Below the pieces are notes generated by a model. That model made no database searches. It worked only from the letters and a program-made list of their open reading frames with translations, and had not been told where the DNA came from. Source: Spirochaetia bacterium (GTDB lineage Bacteria; Spirochaetota; Spirochaetia; CADAEX01). From it: a stretch of DNA of 25,243 nucleotides. Positions 1-9,187 of this stretch are shown piece after piece. A program made the position numbers and the translations under genes. The stretch's first letter is position 1. The number at the start of each line of letters is the position of its first letter. The stretch is taken from assembly GCA_963662265.2 (NCBI GenBank), contig CAXXHA010000007.1, forward strand, positions 1 through 25,243, read 5' to 3'.

Positions 1-1531
1 ATTTGCATCCGGTATTCTTCCACACGGTACGACAACCATATGCCCGGATAACCATGAAATGACAAATGTTCTCGGCCTGAAGGCAGTAGAACTTTTTAAA
101 AAGACAGCAGATTCTCTTCCTCTCAAGGTTTATCCTGCAATGCCTGTCTGCGTACCTTCTATTCCGGGGATGGAGGATGCAGGTGCATCGATAGGAGCTG
201 AAGAGGTTAAAAAGGCATATGATGAGGGATGGGCAGAGCTCCAGGGTGAGCAGATGAATTTTCCGGGAGTTATATTCTCAGACCCCCATGTGCATGCAAT
301 AACTGCAGAAGGCCTGAGAGGCGACAAGGTACTCACCGGCCACTACGCATCGCCTGACCTGAACGAAGGCTTAAATGCGTTTATTGCTTCCGGTATGACA
401 GCGTGCCACGAAAGCACAGAAGCTGGCGAGGCTCTTTTAAAGGCATCAAGAGGCATGTATGTTCAGCAGAGATACGGGACAGCATGGCTTGACCTTCCGA
501 ACCTGGTTCCCGCATTCATGGATAACCCTGATATAGATACCCGTATGTTTACAATGGTTACCGACGATGTAACCCCTGTAACAATAGCTGACAAGGGGCA
601 CCTTGTAAGGGTTTTAAGGAAAGCGGTTGAACTTGGGGTACCTGCAATAAAGGCTGTTCAGATGGTGACTATCAACGCGGCACAGCTTCTTGAAAAAGCA
701 AGGCTCATTGGTTCAGTCTCACCGGGAATGGCTGCAGATATTCTCATAGTTGATAATCTAAAGGATTTCAACATGGAAAGGGTAATAAGCTGCGGTATCA
801 CCGTAGCTGAGAACGGAAAGCTCACCCATGAACTTCACTCATATGATTATCCCGATTGGGCGCTTAAGACTGTGCATATCAAAGAGCAGAAAGCTTCCGA
901 CTTTAAAATAAGCGCACCTGAAGATAGCAAAGGCGAAGCTGTTAAGGTAAGGGTAATAAGGCTTATTCCGGGTATGGTATATACGAAGGAAGAGCTGCAT
1001 GATCTTGTCCCTACAGGTGGATATCTCGAAGCTGATGCGGGGAAGGATATAGCAAAACTTGCACTTATCTACCGCCACGAGAAGGAAGTCGAAGAGAAGC
1101 ATAGAAAGGGTATGGGTTTTGTTACAGGGCTTACACTGAAGTCGGGGTGCGCATATGCTTCTACCGTAAGCCACGACTGCCATAATTTGCTGGTGATAGG
1201 TAATAACGATGATGCAATGGCGCTTGCTGCCAATACGCTTAGAGAGGCAGGGGGCGGACTTTGTGTTGTAATAGATGGAAAGGTCGAGGCTGTTATGCCG
1301 CTTCAGTTTGCAGGTCTAATGAGCCTCAAGTCTGTTGAAGATGCTGCTTCTGATCTCAAGGCGGTTGAAGAAGCTATAAGGAAGGCAGGGTGCAGCCATG
1401 ATTCTGTTGAGATGACTATAAGCCTTCTGGGACTCATAGTACTGGGAGACCTTCACCTGTCAAACAGGGGGCTTGTTCAGCTGAAAGAGGGAAATCCTCC
1501 CCGTTTTGTAAGCCTTTTCTGCGAAGAATAA
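1..1531 (+). CDS. ade: Adenine deaminase (amidohydrolase family), 5'-truncated by the window edge
   Basis: Frame is open from base 2 (FASGILPHGTTTICPDNHEMTNVLG). Motifs GEQMNFPG, GHYAS, CHES, TDD and the C-terminal SHDCHNLLVIG are typical of Ade. The N-terminal HxH lies upstream of the window. Confidence 0.9.
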   Translation, partial: FASGILPHGTTTICPDNHEMTNVLGLKAVELFKKTADSLPLKVYPAMPVCVPSIPGMEDAGASIGAEEVKKAYDEGWAELQGEQMNFPGVIFSDPHVHAITAEGLRGDKVLTGHYASPDLNEGLNAFIASGMTACHESTEAGEALLKASRGMYVQQRYGTAWLDLPNLVPAFMDNPDIDTRMFTMVTDDVTPVTIADKGHLVRVLRKAVELGVPAIKAVQMVTINAAQLLEKARLIGSVSPGMAADILIVDNLKDFNMERVISCGITVAENGKLTHELHSYDYPDWALKTVHIKEQKASDFKISAPEDSKGEAVKVRVIRLIPGMVYTKEELHDLVPTGGYLEADAGKDIAKLALIYRHEKEVEEKHRKGMGFVTGLTLKSGCAYASTVSHDCHNLLVIGNNDDAMALAANTLREAGGGLCVVIDGKVEAVMPLQFAGLMSLKSVEDAASDLKAVEEAIRKAGCSHDSVEMTISLLGLIVLGDLHLSNRGLVQLKEGNPPRFVSLFCEE

Positions 1532-1542
1532 TGCTTGATAAA

Positions 1543-1564
1543 ATCCTGCCTTGCGGGGCAGGAT
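1543..1564. terminator. Stem-loop between convergent ade and yjbQ
   Basis: ATCCTGCC-TTGCGG-GGCAGGAT perfect 8-bp stem about 10 nt after the ade stop. There is no U-tract on +; a short A-run on the left would give a U-tract on -. Confidence 0.5.
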
Positions 1565-1630
1565 AAATCATATAAGAAATATCGAAGACATCCTCATTAG
1601 GAGGCTTTTACGTCAATAACCAATTTCAGC

Positions 1631-1711
1631 CTGTAAACTCTGTTAATTACCTGTAAGCTATGGCAATTAACTGTAAGCTATGGGCAATTAACTGTAAGCT
1701 ATGGGCAATCA
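1631..1711. repeat. 20-21 bp tandem repeat, 3 near-identical copies plus 1 degenerate
   Basis: CTGTAAGCTATGG(G)CAATTAA at 1651-1670, 1671-1691 and 1692-1711 (last ends CAATCA). Degenerate copy CTGTAAACTCTGTTAATTAC at 1631-1650. Confidence 0.9.
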
Positions 1712-2125
1712 CCCGTAGACAGTAACTACAACGCTTCTTTCCTTTCTCGGGCCGTCAAACTCGCATAAGAATATGTTCTGCCACGTGGAAAGTCCCAGCT
1801 TGCCGTCAATCACAGGCACAGTCTCTGACGGCCCTGTAATGCCTGCCTTCAGGTGTGAATCGCCGTTCCCGTCCTGGTTGTCATGCAGCCACACTCCGCG
1901 GGGGATTATTTTCTTCATCAGGTTTACAACATCGCTCTGAACAGAATCATCCCAGTTTTCCTGTATCATTATCCCCGCAGTCGCACCCTGAACATAGACA
2001 GAGCATAATCCTGTCTTTATTCCTTCACCCGATGCCTTTGCAACGACAGTCCGTACCCTGTCTGTAATATCAATGAGTATTTCCCTTGTGGTGGTCCCTG
2101 TTTTTACTGTTTCCTGTATTATCAT
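1709..2125 (-). CDS. yjbQ: YjbQ/UPF0047 family protein (secondary thiamine-phosphate synthase)
   Basis: Motifs IDITDRV, ATAGIMIQEN.D, HD...GNGDSHLKA and LGLSTWQNIFLCEFDGPR match the UPF0047 signature. Confidence 0.92.
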   Translation of the reverse strand: MIIQETVKTGTTTREILIDITDRVRTVVAKASGEGIKTGLCSVYVQGATAGIMIQENWDDSVQSDVVNLMKKIIPRGVWLHDNQDGNGDSHLKAGITGPSETVPVIDGKLGLSTWQNIFLCEFDGPRKERSVVVTVYG

Positions 2126-2216
2126 AAAGATAATTATAACAGATTTGATTCTTATTTACATAGAGGTAAAGGCTGTCTTAGTATATATATCATGAAAGGG
2201 AGATAAGAAAGTGAAT

Positions 2217-3481
2217 ATGAGAATAGACATTATATCAGCCCTGCTAATGATGTTTTTATTTAATGTTTCTGCCCAGGATAATGTAACTGTTCCGGGATCC
2301 GGGAATGGATCGGTTAATGGAAGCAAACTTTTTAATAGAAAGTGCCTGGGACATGAAAGAAGCTGGAAACAAAGGAAATAACAATTCCTCTGCTCCTGAA
2401 CCTGAAACAGAAAACAGCCTGCTTGCTGACAGCAGCCAGCTTTTAGACGGTAACTTGCCTGTTAACGGGACTCAGCTTGTTGATGGCAGCCCGCTCACTG
2501 ACGGCACCCGGCTTATAGACGGCACCCTGCTTATCGATGACAGCCTGCTTATAGATGGAACGCCCCCTGTCAGAAGTATTTGAAAAGTATGAGGTAAACA
2601 GGGAAGAATACCAATACTATCTCAAAGCAAATAATGTGGAAGAAAGGCTCTCTGAATACAGGGACAGTGAAGAGGGAATACTTGCAAAGGTTATTCTTCT
2701 TGCTGCCATTAATAAAAGCAGGGAGAAATATGATGCATCCCCTGTCAAGCTCGATATACTTGCATCAAGAGTTGCAAACAAAAATGGCAGAAGAGGCTGC
2801 TTTAAACAACTTCACAGGCCACTGGAATATGAAAGGTGAAAACCCTATCACCGCTACGCCTTTGCGGGAGGGGTTGACCATGTATCTGAAAATGCAAGCG
2901 CTTTATATTCATCCCGTGAGATGAAAAACAGCTTCTCAAACAGGATAAAACTAATGAAGGGATCCCATAAAAGGTTTATGGCTGAAGTGTCTCCCTCAGA
3001 CGGTCACAAGAAGAATGTTATAGGAAAGAGCCACAACTTTGCAGGCCTCGGGTACTATTTAACTGAAAACCAGTTCCGATACTATGAAGAATACATAGAC
3101 AGGTATCTTGATATAAGGCTTGGGGAGATAAACCCTTATCCCGGCAGCATGGCGGAATTTTCATTTAAATCCTTATCGGAAGGGCTTTATCCATACGCTG
3201 TTGTTGTATACAGGGAGCCCCCTCTGAAGAAGATGACTCCTATCCAGATCTCCCGGAAAGGTACATACCCTGACTACAGCAGAGACAAGTGCTGTACTTT
3301 CTGGCCGTGGCAGCTGAGTAGTCCTGATGAAAACGGGTTTATTCCTGTATCGTTCAAGGTTGACAGGAGCGGGACATATTATGTGCATGTTTTCATGAGC
3401 AGAAAGCCGTACACCGGGGGGCAAAGCGGGTCTACAAGGGGAAAACTCAGGGCTTCGGGTATTGTCTTTAAAGTCGATTGA
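2217..3481 (+). CDS. Secreted CAP (SCP/PR-1) domain protein, split by about 4 single-base frameshifts
   Basis: Signal peptide MRIDIISALLMMFLFNVSA|QD from ATG 2217. Joining frames gives CAP motifs INKSREKYDASPVKLDILASRVANK-MAEEAALNNFTGHWNMKGENP-YHRYAFAGGVDHVSENA...FMAEVSPSDGHKKNVIGKSHNFAGLGY. Shifts at ~2330 (approximate), C5 2563-2567, A5 2780-2784 and ~2845. Confidence 0.75.
2413..2556 (+). repeat. 18-bp coding tandem repeat x8 (hexapeptide ~GTxLxD)
   Basis: Units NSLLAD, SSQLLD, GNLPVN, GTQLVD, GSPLTD, GTRLID, GTLLID, DSLLID; e.g. GGCACCCGGCTTATAGAC next to GGCACCCTGCTTATCGAT. Confidence 0.88.
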
Positions 3482-3577
3482 GTGAAAGTATCTCTCTTCA
3501 ATGCTGATATTTTATTTCAAGTCTTTTGGTTATGTTTAAAATAACACTCTGACTTTCTTTAAAATTGCCTCTTTTTG

Positions 3578-3606
3578 TTGGCTAAACAGGTGAAACAATA
3601 TAAAAT
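3578..3606 (+). promoter_or_regulatory. Sigma70-like promoter for the udg-priA operon
   Basis: TTGGCT (3578-3583), 17-bp spacer, TAAAAT (3601-3606), followed by an AAGGA SD and TTG at 3639. Confidence 0.5.
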
Positions 3607-3638
3607 ATTGTAAACCCATAAATTACAAGGAAAACTAT

Positions 3639-4347
3639 TTGAGAAACGCTGCAGAAAATATCTGGGAAACACTGACTGATCTTGAGGAACTTATCGAATA
3701 CGGCTATAGGACTGACAGCAGGGAGAAATATGTCTATACAGGCTGCAGATCTACAGACAGCAGCTGTATTACAGGGAGACTCTCTGGATATAATAGCCGG
3801 TGAAATCGAGAACTGCAGAAAGTGCGTCCTTTGCGAAAAGAGAAACAGGGTTGTTCCCGGTGCAGGTTCCCCGAATCCCGATGTTCTCCTTGTAGGCGAA
3901 GGTCCCGGGGGGGATGAGGATATTCAGGGAATTCCGTTTGTAGGCGCTGCAGGCAAGTATCTTGATAAATGGCTTACAGCTATCAGCCTTGACCGGAAAA
4001 GGGACTGCTTTATCGGTAATATTGTAAAATGCAGGCCTCCAAAAAACAGGGACCCGGAAAATGATGAAATTCATGCATGCCTACCTTACCTTGAAAGGCA
4101 GATTTCACTGCTCAAACCCAAAATAATACTCACACTGGGAAGAATATCAGGAAGAATTCTGACCGGGGAGGAAACAGGTATCGGACGGATGCGGGGGAGA
4201 ATTTATTCCTACAAAAATATACCTGTAATCCCTACTTATCATCCGAGTGCGGTACTCAGGTATCCTGAAAAATACAAGCGTCCTGTATGGGAGGACCTTC
4301 AGAAACTTAAAGCAGAACTCGACAGAATAAAATCTTCCGGCAGCTGA
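3639..4347 (+). CDS. udg: Uracil-DNA glycosylase, family 4 (Fe-S)
   Basis: CRKCVLC, GEGPG..ED..G.PFVG.AG, NIVKCRPP.NRDP and TYHPS motifs. The likely start is TTG 3639 with an SD (MRNAAENIWETLTDLEELIEYG), joined to ORF 3682-4347 by one frameshift near 3720-3760. Start uncertain. Confidence 0.9.
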
Positions 4348-4420
4348 GCATCAGTATCACAAAGCTGTAGGCAATAGCGTTAATAATAAATAATCTTTCA
4401 TGCATTTTTGACAGGTAGCA

Positions 4421-6442
4421 ATGGAACAGAAAAAAAAGTATCTTCAGATAGTCTTCAATACTCCCCTAAAAAACTCATTCACCTATCTTCCGCCTGAAGA
4501 TCTGTCTCCCGAAGAGACAGATACTCTTGACTGCGGTGTAAGGGTGTCTGCCTATCTTGGAAAAAGGAAGATGACCGGCTTCATTGTATCCACATCTGGT
4601 GAAAAGCCTGAAGGTGATTTTGAAATAAAAAAACTGGAAAAAATAATAGATAAAAATCCTCTCTTTGATTCAGATTATTATGAAACAGTAAAATGGATCT
4701 CATCAATGTATATGTGTTCAGAGGGGGAAGCGCTTTTCAAGATGGTCCCCGCGGGAAAGCAGGAGAGAAAGCCGAACCTTTTCGAGGATATTGATGATGA
4801 CTACAGCGAGGTTACTCTAAATGAAGAGCAGATTGCTGCGGTTGAAATAATCACCGGGAAGAAAGGGAATGATTCAGACAGGATCGGTCCGGTCGAGGGT
4901 GATAACAGTCTTTTCTATCTATTCGGCGTCACAGGATCCGGGAAAACCGAAGTCTATTTAAAAGCAGCAGAAGACACCCTGTCCATGGGAGGGGGGGTAA
5001 TATATCTTGTCCCTGAAATTGCTCTCACACATCAGATGATTGATTATGTGTACAAGAGATTCGGTGACCGGGTTGCTGTTCTACACTCGGGAATAACCCC
5101 GTCACAGAAGCTTCATAACTGGAGAAGGATACAGAAAGGGGAAGCAGATATAGTTGTTGGGGCAAGGAGCGCTGTATTTGCCCCTGTAAAGAAAATTGGT
5201 CTAATAATAATAGATGAGGAGCATGAAAGCTCATACAAGGCAGGGCAGACTCCCCGCTACCATGCAAGGCAGATTGCAATGCACAGGGTAAGAAAGTCAG
5301 GCGGAAAGCTTGTAATGGGAAGCGCAACACCAAGCCTTGAGGCATATTACCTTATGAAGTCAGGGATTATTAAAGAGATAAGGCTTAACAGGATTGCAGC
5401 GGGGGGAAAAAGCCCTGATGTTGATATAGTTGATGTTACAAACAGTAAGTCTGCGATTTCAGATGAACTTGCAGAGGAGATAAGGAAGACAACAGCGGAA
5501 GGGCGGCAGGTAATCCTTTTCCTCAACAGGAGGGGGTTTTTCTATTACTTTCACTGCAGGAACTGCGGCTATGAAATGACCTGCAGGCAGTGTTCGGTTC
5601 CCCTCACTCTCCACAGGGACAGAAACAGGATGATCTGCCATTACTGCGGTTTTTCAAGACCGCCCGAAGATGTATGCCCCGATTGCGGTTCTGTCGAGAT
5701 AGGTTATTCAGGTTTTGGAACAGAGAAGATAGAAACAGATATACAGAGGTATTTCCCCCATCTTAAAATAGCGCGTCTTGACAGGGACAGTGTACAGAAA
5801 AAGGAATATCTGAAAGAGGTTCTCGACAGTTTCAGAAAAGGGGAAATAGATATTCTTCTCGGTACGCAGATTGTTGCCAAGGGTCTTAACTTTCCGGGAG
5901 TAAAACTCATAGGTATAATTCTTGCAGATACAACTCTCCAGCTGCCTGACTTCCGCTCTGCAGAGAGGACATTTGCCCTTATCATGCAGGTGTCGGGAAG
6001 GGCAGGACGTTTTTCACCGGACGGCAAGGTTCTTATTCAGACATTCAGGCCCGGCAACTTTGCAGTCAGGGCTGCTGCGAAGAGAAAGACAGATGAGTTT
6101 TATGAGAGGGAGATTGAAAACAGAAAGGTCATGAATTTTCCCCCCTTTACCAGGGTAATACGTGTTGTATTCAGGTCAAAGGACAGGGAAATATGCAGCA
6201 GCAGCATGAGTAGTTTCTGTGATTTCCTTGTTAAGCTGGCAAACGGGGACAGTCTTTTGAGCATACTCGGCCCTGCAGAATGCCCGGTTTCTATTGTATC
6301 GGGAAGCCATCGCTACCAGGTGATTGTGACATCAGGTGATTTCAGAAAGGCACATAACCTGATCTCCTACGCGGTAAATGAGTTCAAGACGCATTCATCA
6401 GTATACAAAGAGATTGATGTTGATCCTGTATCGCTGATGTAG
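4421..6442 (+). CDS. priA: Primosomal protein N' (replication restart helicase PriA)
   Basis: GVTGSGKTEVY Walker A, DEEHE, SATPS, LNRRG, four CxxC pairs, GTQIVAKGLNFP, QVSGRAGR, C-terminal DVDP. Confidence 0.98.
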   Translation: MEQKKKYLQIVFNTPLKNSFTYLPPEDLSPEETDTLDCGVRVSAYLGKRKMTGFIVSTSGEKPEGDFEIKKLEKIIDKNPLFDSDYYETVKWISSMYMCSEGEALFKMVPAGKQERKPNLFEDIDDDYSEVTLNEEQIAAVEIITGKKGNDSDRIGPVEGDNSLFYLFGVTGSGKTEVYLKAAEDTLSMGGGVIYLVPEIALTHQMIDYVYKRFGDRVAVLHSGITPSQKLHNWRRIQKGEADIVVGARSAVFAPVKKIGLIIIDEEHESSYKAGQTPRYHARQIAMHRVRKSGGKLVMGSATPSLEAYYLMKSGIIKEIRLNRIAAGGKSPDVDIVDVTNSKSAISDELAEEIRKTTAEGRQVILFLNRRGFFYYFHCRNCGYEMTCRQCSVPLTLHRDRNRMICHYCGFSRPPEDVCPDCGSVEIGYSGFGTEKIETDIQRYFPHLKIARLDRDSVQKKEYLKEVLDSFRKGEIDILLGTQIVAKGLNFPGVKLIGIILADTTLQLPDFRSAERTFALIMQVSGRAGRFSPDGKVLIQTFRPGNFAVRAAAKRKTDEFYEREIENRKVMNFPPFTRVIRVVFRSKDREICSSSMSSFCDFLVKLANGDSLLSILGPAECPVSIVSGSHRYQVIVTSGDFRKAHNLISYAVNEFKTHSSVYKEIDVDPVSLM

Positions 6443-6573
6443 ACGGATCAGTTCATTTATAATTCCTTCAGTCATTAAAACAGACTCGATTGACTTTGTT
6501 TTGCTGATTTATTAATGTATATTTAGTTTACATGAATGGATATTTTCCATATATAGTGGAAAATTACATATAA

Positions 6574-6621
6574 GGGAACATCTGAGTGAAAACTCTTAAA
6601 TGCGGTTTTTCAGAGGTTCTC
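6574..6621. repeat. Imperfect 48-bp inverted repeat (possible MITE remnant or leader hairpin)
   Basis: GGGAAC-A-TCTGA-GT-GAAAAC ... GTTTT-TCAGA-G-GTTCTC; the arms pair with one G-U, one mismatch and a small bulge. Confidence 0.45.
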
Positions 6622-6665
6622 ACAGGTAACAGCTTCCCCTGCTGTAAAGGGGAGAGGATAGATAA

Positions 6666-7154
6666 TTGTTGGACATAGTAACACTTGGAGATGAGGTCCT
6701 CCGGGAAAAAGCAGCGCTGATTTCCGATATAAACGAGGAAATAGCTGAACTTGCTGCTAAAATGATAGAAATTCTCGATACCGGTGTAGGTGTAGGCCTT
6801 GCAGGCCCCCAGGTTGGTGTGAAAAAGAGAATTTTCGTAACAAAAGCGCCGGGAGATATTGCCCGTGTATTTATAAATCCTGAGATAATTTTCACTTCAC
6901 AGGAACAGGTCAAATATGAAGAGGGATGCCTCAGTATTCCCGGAGTATATGCAGATGTTCTAAGACCGCAGGGGATAACAATGCAGGCATGGAACCTGAA
7001 GGGAAAGCCGTTCAGGATTGAAGATGATGATTATCTTGCAAGAATCATGCAGCATGAATATGACCATCTTAACGGAGTGCTGTTCCCGGACAGACTCAGA
7101 GACAAGGCACGGGACAGGCTCCTTAAACTCTATGAAAAGAAAAGCAGGCATTAA
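6666..7154 (+). CDS. def: Peptide deformylase
   Basis: GVGLAGPQVG, EGCLS and QHEYDHLNG motifs; TTG start with GAGGA SD. Confidence 0.98.
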   Translation: MLDIVTLGDEVLREKAALISDINEEIAELAAKMIEILDTGVGVGLAGPQVGVKKRIFVTKAPGDIARVFINPEIIFTSQEQVKYEEGCLSIPGVYADVLRPQGITMQAWNLKGKPFRIEDDDYLARIMQHEYDHLNGVLFPDRLRDKARDRLLKLYEKKSRH

Positions 7155-8098
7155 TGAAAATATTCTTTGCAGGGACTCCTGAAATAGCAGTCCCCTCACT
7201 TGAGAAACTTGCATCATCATTTGAAATATGCGGAGTGCTCACAAACCCTGACAGGCCGAAAGGGAGAAAGGGGGTGCTTACTCCGCCGCCTGTGAAAGCA
7301 AAAGCAGTTGAGCTTGGTTTTGATGTATACCAGCCGGAAAAGCTTGATAGTGAATTTATAGAGACTGTAAGGAATTTAAGTCCCGATATTCTTGTTACAT
7401 TCGCATACGGCAGGATATTCAGAAAGGAATTCCTTGATCTTTTTAATAAAGAAGCTCTTAATATCCATCCATCTCTCCTTCCCGAGTTCAGGGGAGCAGC
7501 CCCGATACCGGCTGCCATACTTGCCGGATGCAGTGAAACAGGAATTACTGTACAGCGGATGGCTCTTAAAATGGACTCAGGCGATATAATCGAACAGGTT
7601 AGAATACCGCTCGACGGTACAGAGACTACAGAGTCATTCAGCAGTTTTGCAGCAGAAAAAAGCGGCGATATAATCAGAGATGTTGTAGCTCGGATTATTG
7701 AAGGGGATTATAAGGCTGTTAAGCAGGATGAGAAAAAAGCTACCTACTGCACAATGATTGACAAGAAGGACGGTGAGATTGACTGGTCTGAAAGTGCCGA
7801 AGTTATCGAAAGAATGGTAAGGGCGTATAATCCCTGGCCCCATGCTTTTACATATCATAACGGAAAATTGCTTGTTATAACTGAAGCAATAATATATAAA
7901 GGTGATATACCTGATAATAAAAATTCTCTTTCAAACGGAGAAGTTGCTTTTATAAGCAAAAAAGAGGGTATTATTATCAAAACAGGCAGCGGATTCCTGT
8001 CGGTAAAAAGACTTAAACCTCAGTCTAAAAAAGAGATGGATTATAAATCATTTATAAATGGTGTCAGAGATTTTGAAGGCAGTTTTCTTGGAGAATAA
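7154..8098 (+). CDS. fmt: Methionyl-tRNA formyltransferase
   Basis: FAGTPEIA, PDRPKGR, NIHPSLLPEFRGAAPI, MDSGDII and RAYNPWP motifs; TAATG overlap with def. Confidence 0.98.
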   Translation: MKIFFAGTPEIAVPSLEKLASSFEICGVLTNPDRPKGRKGVLTPPPVKAKAVELGFDVYQPEKLDSEFIETVRNLSPDILVTFAYGRIFRKEFLDLFNKEALNIHPSLLPEFRGAAPIPAAILAGCSETGITVQRMALKMDSGDIIEQVRIPLDGTETTESFSSFAAEKSGDIIRDVVARIIEGDYKAVKQDEKKATYCTMIDKKDGEIDWSESAEVIERMVRAYNPWPHAFTYHNGKLLVITEAIIYKGDIPDNKNSLSNGEVAFISKKEGIIIKTGSGFLSVKRLKPQSKKEMDYKSFINGVRDFEGSFLGE

Positions 8099-8101
8099 AT
8101 A

Positions 8102-9121
8102 ATGGGATTCTTAATTGATAAAATAAAAAAACTCTTCCCCGGACGTAATGATGACCAGAGCACCCGGTATTTTAAGATTATTATTTTTGTAATGCTTGGT
8201 ATTCTTGTATTTACAATAGCTGCATCAACTGTTTCTTTCCTGATTGTTCTCAGGGGAGCAGAAGAAGTAATGATTCCTGATGTTACAGATCAGAGACTTG
8301 AACAGGCTGTGATAGAACTCCAGGAGAGGGGTATAAACACAAGAATTCAGCTTAAATTTTCATCAAATCCTTCTGACAAAGGAACTGTCATTGAACAGTC
8401 ACCCAAGCCCGGAACTATCAGAAAAGCTGGCAGCAATGTTGTTCTCAAGGTAAGCAAGGGTACTGTAATAGATAAAATTGATGATTACAGGGGATGGAAG
8501 CTTACAGATCTCGAGACACATTTTAAATCTCTTTTTACAACATACGGACCTCTTCTTAAAATCAAGGATCCTGTTACCAGGATTTACAATGAAAAAGAGG
8601 AGGGGACAATACTTGAGCAGAAGCCTGAACCGGGAACTGAGCTTACAGGGTTTACAGAGCTTGAGCTTGTAGTAAGCCGCGGTCCTGAGGGTAAAACTTA
8701 TATAGTCCCTGAATTTGAGGATTATGATTTCCAGTCAGCGCTTAAAAAACTGGCAGGATATAACCTTCCTTTCCTCTTTACATACAGGGAAGCAAAAAGA
8801 CATGAAAAGAAGGGTGTTGTTATTTCACAGACACCTGATAAAGAGGCTCATGTTCCTCACGGAACAATTGTACAGCTCCAGATTACTCAGCCTGAATCTG
8901 TAAAGGGCAAGGTATTCGGCCTCATAGAAAGGACATTGCCTGACTATCCTGTATCAATTGAACTGAAACTGGAAAGAATTACTGTTGAAGGAAGTATCGA
9001 AGAGATAATCAGGATGAGGCACCGGGGAGGTGTAATTGCTATCCCGTATTTTGAGGATGAAGGCAATATACTGATCCTTACTGCAATGGATAATGAAATA
9101 GCAAGATTTACTGTTAAATAA
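8102..9121 (+). CDS. Single-TM PASTA-domain protein (about 3 PASTA repeats, no kinase domain)
   Basis: TM at aa ~26-50. Repeats IPDVT...GTVIEQSPKPG...VLKVSKG, GTILEQKPEPG...LVVSRG and VPEF...GVVISQTP. Confidence 0.88.
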   Translation: MGFLIDKIKKLFPGRNDDQSTRYFKIIIFVMLGILVFTIAASTVSFLIVLRGAEEVMIPDVTDQRLEQAVIELQERGINTRIQLKFSSNPSDKGTVIEQSPKPGTIRKAGSNVVLKVSKGTVIDKIDDYRGWKLTDLETHFKSLFTTYGPLLKIKDPVTRIYNEKEEGTILEQKPEPGTELTGFTELELVVSRGPEGKTYIVPEFEDYDFQSALKKLAGYNLPFLFTYREAKRHEKKGVVISQTPDKEAHVPHGTIVQLQITQPESVKGKVFGLIERTLPDYPVSIELKLERITVEGSIEEIIRMRHRGGVIAIPYFEDEGNILILTAMDNEIARFTVK

Positions 9122-9151
9122 TTGATAATTTAACTTGGGAATAAAAAGATC

Positions 9152-9187
9152 CGGGAGCATTGCATAGAGCAACTGCTCCCGTTTTTT
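9152..9187 (+). terminator. Intrinsic terminator of the def-fmt-PASTA operon
   Basis: CGGGAGCA-TTGC-ATAGA-GCAA-C-TGCTCCCG followed by TTTTTT. Confidence 0.8.

Noticed and set aside
1631-1711. Mini-CRISPR or plasmid iterons
   Set aside because: No spacers, no rep gene, and chromosomal housekeeping context.
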